NCBI GenBank assembly: GCA_041577295.1
Contig: JBFGJG010000080.1
Coordinates: 1 to 10,693 of the forward strand
Reading direction: 5' to 3'
Origin: Gemmatimonadales bacterium
GTDB taxonomy: Bacteria; Gemmatimonadota; Gemmatimonadetes; Gemmatimonadales; GWC2-71-9
DNA length: 10,693 nt
Position 1 is the stretch's first letter; every line of letters begins with the position of its first letter. This document shows positions 1 through 7,189 of the stretch, one piece after another. A program made the position numbers and the translations under genes. The notes beneath the pieces were generated by a model that saw nothing but the letters and a program-made list of their open reading frames with translations, did not search any database and had not been told where the DNA came from.

Positions 1-1422
1 GCACTCGACACTGTTCTGGTCGTGAACGGGATTACACGGGCACTGCCACGCGGTGGCAAGATCGCCGATGCGATCTACAACGAGAATCTCAATGAGATCT
101 TCATGACGAATATCGACCTCGATCGTCTGGAGATCTTCCGGTTGAGCGACAGCACATTCGTGGCCAACGGCATTCCCGTGGGCTCGCAACCGTGGGGGAT
201 CGCGCGGTACCCGATCGATACGCTTGGAGCCACGAATGCGCAGTTCGTGGTAGCCAATTCGGGCGGGACCAATCTCTCGATCGTCGGTGGTGCTGCGCGT
301 CGTGAGCTGCGCCGTCACGCGCTCCCCAATTTCTTGATTCAGAGCGTCCAGACCGAGATCGATCCCGCCACGGGTCTGCTCAAGCTCAAGATCGAAGAGT
401 TTGACTTCTCTGACCGGCCACAGTACGTGGGTACCACGTGCCGCCCGACCACAGGGAGTACGGCGTGCGCGGCTGACAGCGTGTACGCGGTTTATTCGAC
501 AACGCCAACCGAGGCGCAGCCCGATCCGTTTTTCCTGCGTGGCTCCATTCGGTGGGAGAACCTCACGAGCGCAACACCTCAGTCGCACTTCTTCTGGGAG
601 CATGCAGAGAAGGCTCCGTCTCCGGATACGGACACGCTGCAAGTGCTGGTTGATCGGGGCCCCGGAACGGCGATACAGACCATCCTGTCGGCGGCCTGTG
701 GTCGAACGGTCAATATGGTCGAGCTGGGATTCCTCGACACGACATTCGTTCGGAACTCCGGGAACTTCACCCACGCGCTCATCGGCGAGGGTGGCTCATC
801 CGTCGATCCCGCGGTGATGTTCGCCCGAGCCATCGGGTATGACGGAACCGTGGGTGTCGCGAGCACGAACTGCACGGCCACCATTCTGGGCACGACGTTC
901 TCCGGGCCAGAGGAAGTCGATCTCGGGATCTCACCGGGAATCCGGGTGCGCGACTTCGTGGTGAACACCGCCATCGCGGTCAAATCGATCGGCATCAACT
1001 TCAACGGTCTCACCGGACTGATCCGGGCCGATTCCGTCTATGTGCTCGACGAAGGGCTCCGGCTCCAGGGTATCGTCACCATTGGCGGTCCGAACCCCGG
1101 AATGGATCTCAACTTCGACCACGCCTTCGATGCCAGGGAAGCGGGTACGCCCACGTTTGGCGGGACCCTCGATCCCAATGACCGGCTGATGTTTGCAGCT
1201 GCGGCAGGGCCGACGATCGAGGTGTTCGATACCTTCTTCTACGGCAAGGTGGCAACGATCCCCATCAAGGATCCCATCATTGGGCCGCTGCGCGTCGCCC
1301 GTGCAGCGTCCGGTGCGCAGATCTTGGTTGGGGTGACACCGGCCGGCGTGGTCGTCGTCGAACTCCCAGCGATCACCAACATCTTCCAGGCGCGGGAGTG
1401 GGGCGAGCCGCTGACGTACTAG
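1..1422 (+). CDS. Uncharacterised, probably exported beta-propeller protein (YVTN/YncE-like blades); 5' end lies outside the window
   Basis: Frame 1 is open from base 1 (ALDTVLVVNGITRALP...) to TAG at 1420-1422. It contains YVTN-type blade motifs 'IPVGSQPWGIA...FVVANSGGTNLSIV' and 'RLMFAAAAGPTIEVFDTFFYGKVATIPI'. The sequence is Thr/Gly/Asp/Val-rich with four Cys. The family call is by motif resemblance only. Confidence 0.7.
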   Translation, partial: ALDTVLVVNGITRALPRGGKIADAIYNENLNEIFMTNIDLDRLEIFRLSDSTFVANGIPVGSQPWGIARYPIDTLGATNAQFVVANSGGTNLSIVGGAARRELRRHALPNFLIQSVQTEIDPATGLLKLKIEEFDFSDRPQYVGTTCRPTTGSTACAADSVYAVYSTTPTEAQPDPFFLRGSIRWENLTSATPQSHFFWEHAEKAPSPDTDTLQVLVDRGPGTAIQTILSAACGRTVNMVELGFLDTTFVRNSGNFTHALIGEGGSSVDPAVMFARAIGYDGTVGVASTNCTATILGTTFSGPEEVDLGISPGIRVRDFVVNTAIAVKSIGINFNGLTGLIRADSVYVLDEGLRLQGIVTIGGPNPGMDLNFDHAFDAREAGTPTFGGTLDPNDRLMFAAAAGPTIEVFDTFFYGKVATIPIKDPIIGPLRVARAASGAQILVGVTPAGVVVVELPAITNIFQAREWGEPLTY

Positions 1423-1447
1423 CTCGGTTACACCTCGTCCTTTGATT

Positions 1448-1484
1448 CCAAGCCCGGCCGCCGCACTGGTCGGGCTTGGTATTT
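1448..1484 (+). terminator. Probable intrinsic terminator after the beta-propeller gene
   Basis: 12-bp stem CCAAGCCCGGCC (1448-1459) / GGTCGGGCTTGG (1468-1479) with one G-U pair and an 8-nt loop, followed by TATTT. It starts 25 nt after the stop codon. The U-tract is short. Confidence 0.6.
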
Positions 1485-1576
1485 GGATACACCATGCAAC
1501 GGAGAACCAATCTGCTCGCAGGCAAAATGGCAGGTCGAACCTCGCACCAGCGCGTGCCCATGGCTTGCAACACCCA

Positions 1577-2782
1577 ATGATCCGTTTTACGACGGCCGGC
1601 GAATCGCACGGCAAGGGCCTGATGGCCATCATCGAGGGCGTTCCCGCAGGGCTTCCCCTCGTTGCCCAGGACATCGATCACCAGCTCCGCCGCCGCATGG
1701 CGGGCTACGGGCGCGGCGCACGGATGAAGATCGAGTCCGATCAGGTGGAGTTTGTCAGCGGGGTGCGGGCGGGAGAGACGCTCGGTTCTCCTGTCGGCAT
1801 GCTGATCTGGAATAGGGACTGGGAGAATTGGACCGACATCATGGCGCCCGAGCCGGATGCCGATCCCACCGCCATCCGCCGCCGCCGCGTGACCCGTCCA
1901 CGCCCTGGGCACGCCGATCTCGTGGGCGTGCTCAAATACGGCCGCACCGATGCACGGGATATTCTGGAACGCGCCAGCGCCCGCGAAACGACCGCCCGCG
2001 TCGCCTGCGGTTCGGTGTGCCGCAAGCTGCTCGCGCAATTCGGCGTTCGGATCGGGAGCCACATCATCGAGCTTGGACCAGTCAAGGCACCCGCGATTTG
2101 CCCTCTCCCCGATGAGATCAACGCAGTCGCCGACGAGTCCCCCGTGCGCTGCCTTGACGCCGCCGCGTCCGTCGCCATGGTCGAGGTGATCGATGAAGCC
2201 ACCAAGGCGCGCGACACGCTCGGTGGAATCGCCGAAGTGGTGGTAACCGGCCTGCCTTTGGGGTTGGGCTCTCACATCTCCTGGGATCGCAAGCTGGACG
2301 GACGCCTCGCCCAGGCAATGATGTCGATCCACGCCGTGAAAGGTGTCGAGATCGGGATGGGCTTCGACACGGCGCGGCGCCGCGGGTCCGAAGTACACGA
2401 CGAGATTCGCCGCGGCGACGCACGGACCGCGGGAGGCTTTGCGCGTCAGACGAATCGAGCGGGAGGACTGGAGGGTGGCATGACCACCGGAGAGCCTCTT
2501 GTCATCCGCGTCGCCATGAAACCCATCTCGACCCTTCGCCGTCCGCTGGGCACGGTGGATTTGCGCACCGGTGAAGCCGCCAAGGCGCAATCCGAGCGAT
2601 CTGATGTCACCGCCGTTCCGGCCATGGGTGTCATCGCAGAAGCGATGGCGGCGCTCGTGTTGACCGACGCGATGCTGGAGAAGTTCGGCGGGGATTCTCT
2701 TCCCGAGATGCGTGCCAACGTGCAGCAGTACCTCGACACGCTCGCGAGGCGTTGGGACGCGCTCGACGGCGCGGACGGTTGA
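1577..2782 (+). CDS. aroC: Chorismate synthase
   Basis: Canonical N-terminus MIRFTTAGESHG at ATG 1577, so the ORF-track start at 1442 is too early. Motifs RRMAGYGRGARM, RPRPGHAD, LERASARETTARV, TNRAGGLEGGMTTG, MKPISTL and ERSD are present. Confidence 0.97.
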   Translation: MIRFTTAGESHGKGLMAIIEGVPAGLPLVAQDIDHQLRRRMAGYGRGARMKIESDQVEFVSGVRAGETLGSPVGMLIWNRDWENWTDIMAPEPDADPTAIRRRRVTRPRPGHADLVGVLKYGRTDARDILERASARETTARVACGSVCRKLLAQFGVRIGSHIIELGPVKAPAICPLPDEINAVADESPVRCLDAAASVAMVEVIDEATKARDTLGGIAEVVVTGLPLGLGSHISWDRKLDGRLAQAMMSIHAVKGVEIGMGFDTARRRGSEVHDEIRRGDARTAGGFARQTNRAGGLEGGMTTGEPLVIRVAMKPISTLRRPLGTVDLRTGEAAKAQSERSDVTAVPAMGVIAEAMAALVLTDAMLEKFGGDSLPEMRANVQQYLDTLARRWDALDGADG

Positions 2783-3297
2783 GCCGGCATCTCATCCTGG
2801 TGGGTCTTCCAGGATCGGGGAAGACCACGGTCGGTCGGCTGCTCGCGCTACGGCTCCAAACGCCCTTCGCGGATCTCGACGAAGATATCGAGCATCAAGT
2901 TGGTCGATCGATACCCCAGATCTTCGAAGAAATGGGGGAAGGCAAGTTCCGAGAGCTCGAGCGCAGCGCGATGGATCGAGCTCTGAGCGCTGCGCCGCAG
3001 GTGATCGCCCCGGGAGGTGGTTGGGTAGCGCAGCCCGGAGCGGTGGAGCGCGTGGCCGACAGGGGAATTCTCATCTACCTCCGCACCAGCGCCAGCACCG
3101 CGGCCCGCCGCGTTGCATCCGAGGGCGGCAGACCGCTACTCGAAAGCCCCGATCCGGGGCTCGTGATGGCCAGGCTTCTCGAGACGCGGGAGCCGTTTTA
3201 CGCTCGCGCCGAGGTGTCGGTCTCTACAGAGGAAAGGACGCCGGCCGAGGTGGCCGATCATGTGGCCCAGCTTGCGCGAACCAAGGCGGGGTGGTAA
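2779..3297 (+). CDS. aroK: Shikimate kinase
   Basis: Walker A GLPGSGKT, DLDEDIE, IPQIFEEMGEGKFRELE, PGGG, lid RPLL and terminal REPFY. The likely TTG start overlaps the aroC stop (TTGA, 2779-2782). Confidence 0.93.
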   Translation: MSRHLILVGLPGSGKTTVGRLLALRLQTPFADLDEDIEHQVGRSIPQIFEEMGEGKFRELERSAMDRALSAAPQVIAPGGGWVAQPGAVERVADRGILIYLRTSASTAARRVASEGGRPLLESPDPGLVMARLLETREPFYARAEVSVSTEERTPAEVADHVAQLARTKAGW

Positions 3298-3342
3298 TTA
3301 TGCGCCCCCCCGTCGTGCGGAGACCGGCGGTCGGTGTCATTA

Positions 3343-3371
3343 CGTAAGTCATTGTAAAACAATGATTTATG
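3343..3371. repeat. AT-rich imperfect palindrome CGTAAGTCATTGT-AAA-ACAATGATTTATG
   Basis: The 13-bp arms (3343-3355 and 3359-3371) are complementary at 11 of 13 positions. Both mismatches would be G-U pairs in + strand RNA. Confidence 0.85.
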
Positions 3372-3378
3372 CTTACGA

Positions 3379-3410
3379 GGCCTAGGCGGGAGCGGCGTTC
3401 CCCCTAGGCC
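3379..3410 (+). other. GC-rich stem-loop in the aroK-topA spacer
   Basis: GGCCTAGG (3379-3386) pairs with CCTAGGCC (3403-3410). After a 1-nt bulge, GGGAGC (3388-3393) pairs with GTTCCC (3397-3402) around a GGC loop. No U-tract follows. Confidence 0.65.
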
Positions 3411-3432
3411 GTCCGGTCTTCGGTGGTAGGAC

Positions 3433-3498
3433 ATGGGGTAGGGACAACAGTTTAGGAGTTGAGGGCCCGTTGAGCTCGCGGCGCTATGGGGAAGGGAC
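3433..3498 (+). repeat. 13-bp direct repeat ATGGGG(T/A)AGGGAC, two copies
   Basis: 3433-3445 ATGGGGTAGGGAC and 3486-3498 ATGGGGAAGGGAC are 12/13 identical, with starts 53 bp apart. Confidence 0.7.
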
Positions 3499-3542
3499 CT
3501 GTAGCAGATCTCACAGCAGCGCCCGCCGCAAGAGGCCCTATT

Positions 3543-3549
3543 AAGAGGA
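3543..3549 (+). promoter_or_regulatory. Shine-Dalgarno-like site for topA
   Basis: AAGAGGA lies just upstream of ATG 3552, although the spacing is short. Confidence 0.45.
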
Positions 3550-3551
3550 TT

Positions 3552-5879
3552 ATGGCTAAAAAGACGAAGCAGACCAAAAAGAAGACGAAAAGGACCAAGA
3601 AGAGCAGTAAACGGGTCGCCAAGAGCCAGCAGAACGGCGGCCTGGTGATCGTGGAATCTCCCACGAAGGCCAGGACCATCGGCAAGTACTTGGGGTCAAC
3701 CTTCACGGTCAAGGCTACCGTGGGGCACATACGTGACCTCCCGCAGCGGCAGCTAGGGGTCGACGTCGACAAGGGATTTGCGCCGAAGTACGTGACCATT
3801 CGGGGTAAGGGGAAGACGCTGGCCGAGCTCAAGAAGGCGGCCAAGGATTCCGACGCGGTCTTCCTGGCTACAGATCCTGATCGCGAGGGCGAGGCGATCG
3901 CATGGCACGTAGCCGAGCACATCGGTAACGGCGGCAAAGTCCAGCGGATCCTGTTTCACGAGATCACCAAGGACGCCGTCGCGGATGCCCTCCGTCATCC
4001 CGTTGACATCGACAGTCGAAAGGTGGAGGCGCAGCAGGCTCGGCGAATCCTCGACCGCCTCGTGGGCTACAAGGCGAGCCCACTGCTCTGGAAATCTGTC
4101 AAGGCGGGACTTTCGGCCGGCCGGGTGCAAACAGTGGCGCTCCGTCTGCTGGTTGAGCGCGAACAGGCGATCCGGGCGTTCGAGCCACAGGAGTACTGGT
4201 CAATCGAGGCGTTACTCGAGGCCAAGGAAAAACAATTCACCGCAAAGCTCCACAAGATCGGTGGTGACAAGCCGGATCTTCGCTCTGAGAAAGACGCGCG
4301 GTTGGTGGTGGACGCGGTGGAGGGGAAGCCGTTCATCGTTTCCTCCATCGAAAAGAAGAAGCGTCGGAAGCGTCCGGCGGCTCCTTTCATCACGAGCACG
4401 GTGCAGCAGGAGGCGGCCAAGCGGCTTGGCTTTTCCGCAAACCGTACCATGCGGATCGCGCAACAGCTCTATGAGGGCGTCGAGTTGGGCGACGAGGGTG
4501 CGGTGGGCTTGATCACCTACATGCGAACGGACTCGACGAGAGTGTCCGCCGCGGCGATCGACGCGGTGCGATCGTTCATTGAGGAGAACTACAAGGGTCC
4601 ATATCTGCCCGATAAGCCCAACACGTACAAGACCAAGAAATCCGCCCGTGCGCAGGATGCGCACGAAGCGATTCGGCCTACCGACGTTCAGCGTCGTCCG
4701 GAACGTATCAAGAAGTATCTGTCATCGGACCAGTTCAAGCTGTACCAGCTGATCTGGCAACGGTTCGTTGCTTCGCAGATGACACCAGCGGTCTACGACA
4801 CGACCACGATCGACTTCGAGATCGACAAGTACCTGTTCCGCGCGACGGGGTCGGTCATCGTGTTCGACGGCTTCCACGTCATCTACTACGAGGCAAAAGA
4901 GCAAGAGGATGCGGAGACGTTCGAGGATCTTTCGCCCATCCCGGACATGGCAACCGGTGACGAAGCAAACGTCCATGAGATTCAGCCGAACCAGCACTTC
5001 ACCGAGCCCCCTCCGCGGTTCAGCGAGGCGAGCTTGGTAAAGGAACTGGAGAGCCTCGGGATCGGTCGACCGAGCACTTACAGCACGATTGTCTCAACCT
5101 TGCGGGAACGGGGGTACGTCCGCATGGAGAAGCGGCGATTCTTCCCGACGGACCTCGGCGAGACGGTCAGCAAGGTCATGGTGAGCCGATTCCCAGACAT
5201 CTTCAATGTCGAGTTCACCTCCCAGATGGAGAACGAGCTCGACAAGATCGAAGAAGGCGACCTAGGCTGGCAGCGTGTGCTAGAGGACTTCTACGGGCCG
5301 TTCAGGAAGGCACTCGAAGGGATCGACGTGGAAGCTATGATTCGGGAGGCTCACGACGTCTCAGACCTCGAGAAAGAGCCGTGTTCGGAGTGCGGTGGCA
5401 AGCTGACGGTGAAGAGCGGACGGTTTGGACCGTTCGTCGCCTGCACGAACTATCCAGAGTGCCGTTATACACGACCCCTCAAGCGCGATAAGGTCCCCGA
5501 TCGGCCCACCGACGAGACCTGCCGTGAGTGCGGTGCGCCGATGGTAATCAAGACCGGTCGTTACGGTGAGTTCTTGGCCTGTACGCGGTACCCTGAGTGC
5601 AAGCACACCCGGCCGATCCCTCTCGGCGTACCGTGCCCCCAGTGTGGTGGAGATATTACGGAGCGCCGCACCCGTCGGGGCCGATCCTTCTTTGGTTGCT
5701 CCAACTACCCCGATTGCACATTCTCCACGTGGTACCGGCCAGCGCCAGAACAGTGCCCCGAGTGCGGGTACGTCGGTGCCGAGCAGCGCACGACCAAGAC
5801 GCGTGGAGACTATCGGCGGTGCCTGAAGTGCGAGCACGAATTTTCGCCGCAGGAGGCGAGCGAGCCAGTAACGACGTGA
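3552..5879 (+). CDS. topA: DNA topoisomerase I (type IA) with C-terminal zinc ribbons
   Basis: TOPRIM motifs LVIVESPTKA and LATDPDREGEAIAWH, SAGRVQT, active-site GLITYMRTDS, AQDAHEAIRPT and GIGRPSTY. Four Cys4 ribbons: CSEC..CTNYPEC, CREC..CTRYPEC, CPQC..CSNYPDC, CPEC..CLKC. ATG 3552 is preferred over 3486 because of the SD-like site. Confidence 0.97.
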   Translation: MAKKTKQTKKKTKRTKKSSKRVAKSQQNGGLVIVESPTKARTIGKYLGSTFTVKATVGHIRDLPQRQLGVDVDKGFAPKYVTIRGKGKTLAELKKAAKDSDAVFLATDPDREGEAIAWHVAEHIGNGGKVQRILFHEITKDAVADALRHPVDIDSRKVEAQQARRILDRLVGYKASPLLWKSVKAGLSAGRVQTVALRLLVEREQAIRAFEPQEYWSIEALLEAKEKQFTAKLHKIGGDKPDLRSEKDARLVVDAVEGKPFIVSSIEKKKRRKRPAAPFITSTVQQEAAKRLGFSANRTMRIAQQLYEGVELGDEGAVGLITYMRTDSTRVSAAAIDAVRSFIEENYKGPYLPDKPNTYKTKKSARAQDAHEAIRPTDVQRRPERIKKYLSSDQFKLYQLIWQRFVASQMTPAVYDTTTIDFEIDKYLFRATGSVIVFDGFHVIYYEAKEQEDAETFEDLSPIPDMATGDEANVHEIQPNQHFTEPPPRFSEASLVKELESLGIGRPSTYSTIVSTLRERGYVRMEKRRFFPTDLGETVSKVMVSRFPDIFNVEFTSQMENELDKIEEGDLGWQRVLEDFYGPFRKALEGIDVEAMIREAHDVSDLEKEPCSECGGKLTVKSGRFGPFVACTNYPECRYTRPLKRDKVPDRPTDETCRECGAPMVIKTGRYGEFLACTRYPECKHTRPIPLGVPCPQCGGDITERRTRRGRSFFGCSNYPDCTFSTWYRPAPEQCPECGYVGAEQRTTKTRGDYRRCLKCEHEFSPQEASEPVTT

Positions 5880-7189
5880 GGGCCACCGTCGTGGGCGGTG
5901 GCCTCGCGGGGTGCGAGGCCGCCTGGGCGTTGGCGGAGCGAGGCGTATCGGTAACGCTCTGCGAGATGCGGCCCACCCTATCCACGCCGGCACACCAAAC
6001 CGACGGCCTGGCCGAGTTGGTCTGTAGTAACACCTTCAAATCCCTCGACCCAACCAACGCGCACGGCCTATTAAAGGAAGAGCTCCGCCTCCTCGGCAGC
6101 ATCCTGCTCGAGGAAGCGGACCGCACGCGCATCCCCGGCGGCGCCGCGTTGACGGTCGATCGTGAAATGTTCAGTCATGCGGTGACCGCTCGGGTGACGG
6201 CTCACCAGCGCATTTCGGTTGCGCGCGAAGAGATCACCGAGCTGCCGAGCCCTGGGATCGTCGCCACGGGGCCGCTGACGTCCGACCGTCTCAGCACCGT
6301 GATTGCGACCCGACTGGGCGTCGGGTCCTTGGCGTTCTACGATTCGATCGCACCCATCGTGAGCAGCGACTCGCTCGACGAGAGCGAGTTGTACCGCGCG
6401 TCACGCTACGGGAAGGGTGACGGAGACGATTTCCTGAACGCACCGCTCTCTCGGGAAGGCTACGAGGCGTTTGTCGACGCGCTGCTCGCGGGGGATCAAT
6501 ATCCAGGCAAGGACTTCGATCCGATACCGTACTTTGAAGGTTGCTTACCGATTGAGGAGATGGCGCGACGAGGGCGCGAGACTTTGCGGTTTGGGCCCAT
6601 GAAGCCGGTAGGGCTCGAGGACCCGCGCAGCGGCCGGATCCCGCATGCCGTGGTACAACTCCGGCGTGAAGATCAGGACGGCCACATGTGGAATCTGGTG
6701 GGGTTTCAAACGCGACTGCGCACTGGAGAGCAGCGCCGGGTGTTTCGCACCATCCCGGGATTGCACGAGGCGGAGTTCTACCGGTACGGCAGCGTTCACC
6801 GTAACACGTACCTCAACGCTCCAGCGGCCCTGACCTCGCATCTCTCTACGCGGGACGACCCCAAAACACTTTTTGCGGGGCACTTAGTTGGGGTGGAGGG
6901 CTACACCGAGTCGCTTGCGACGGGTCTCCTCGCTGGCATCAACCTGGCGCGGCTCCTCTCCGGTGCCGCACCTGTTATTCCTCCCCGCGAGACGATGCTC
7001 GGCGCGCTCATGGCTTATCTTCGCGAGGCAACACCGAGCCGCTTTCAACCAATGAACGCCAACTTCGGATTGTTGCCCCCCCTCGACCGGCGTGTGCGCG
7101 ACAAGCAGCAGAAACGCGCTTTGTTGTCGGAGCGGGCGTTGACGGCGATGCGAACGTTCGTTGCGAGCACTGTCATGGCTGCGGCATGA
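5876..7189 (+). CDS. trmFO: Folate/FAD-dependent tRNA m5U54 methyltransferase TrmFO (Gid)
   Basis: The GTG start overlaps the topA stop (GTGA). Motifs: VVGGGLAGCEAAW (FAD-binding), ELVCSN, FYDSIAPIV, YFEGCLPIE, LRFGPMKPVGL, NLVGFQTRL, HRNTY, GVEGYTES and FQPMNANFGL. Confidence 0.96.
   Translation: MRATVVGGGLAGCEAAWALAERGVSVTLCEMRPTLSTPAHQTDGLAELVCSNTFKSLDPTNAHGLLKEELRLLGSILLEEADRTRIPGGAALTVDREMFSHAVTARVTAHQRISVAREEITELPSPGIVATGPLTSDRLSTVIATRLGVGSLAFYDSIAPIVSSDSLDESELYRASRYGKGDGDDFLNAPLSREGYEAFVDALLAGDQYPGKDFDPIPYFEGCLPIEEMARRGRETLRFGPMKPVGLEDPRSGRIPHAVVQLRREDQDGHMWNLVGFQTRLRTGEQRRVFRTIPGLHEAEFYRYGSVHRNTYLNAPAALTSHLSTRDDPKTLFAGHLVGVEGYTESLATGLLAGINLARLLSGAAPVIPPRETMLGALMAYLREATPSRFQPMNANFGLLPPLDRRVRDKQQKRALLSERALTAMRTFVASTVMAAA

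Noticed and set aside
1442..1576. N-terminal extensions given by the ORF track for AroC (1442), AroK (2752), TopA (3486), TrmFO (5597) and HslV (8099)
   Set aside because: Family homology starts, or better-supported starts lie, at 1577, 2779, 3552, 5876 and 8183. The extensions run through a hairpin, intergenic DNA or upstream genes.
1373..2590. 405-aa minus-strand ORF, and the other antisense or alternate-frame ORFs (e.g. 931-1674, 2712-3347, 5361-5993, 9096-9836)
   Set aside because: They overlap well-supported genes and show no recognisable motifs. Such shadow ORFs are expected in high-GC coding DNA.
3350..3377. Possible dif site (TTATGCTTACG loosely resembles the XerD arm TTATGTTAAAT)
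   Set aside because: The match is limited mainly to TTATG, and the left arm lacks the inner ATAA required 6 bp away.
3298..3551. CRISPR array, tRNA or MITE in the spacer
   Set aside because: There are only two 13-bp repeat copies, no cloverleaf or T-loop, and no terminal inverted repeats with a target-site duplication.
5380..5835. Repeated DNA and protein units at the end of topA
   Set aside because: These are the normal tandem zinc-ribbon domains of TopA.
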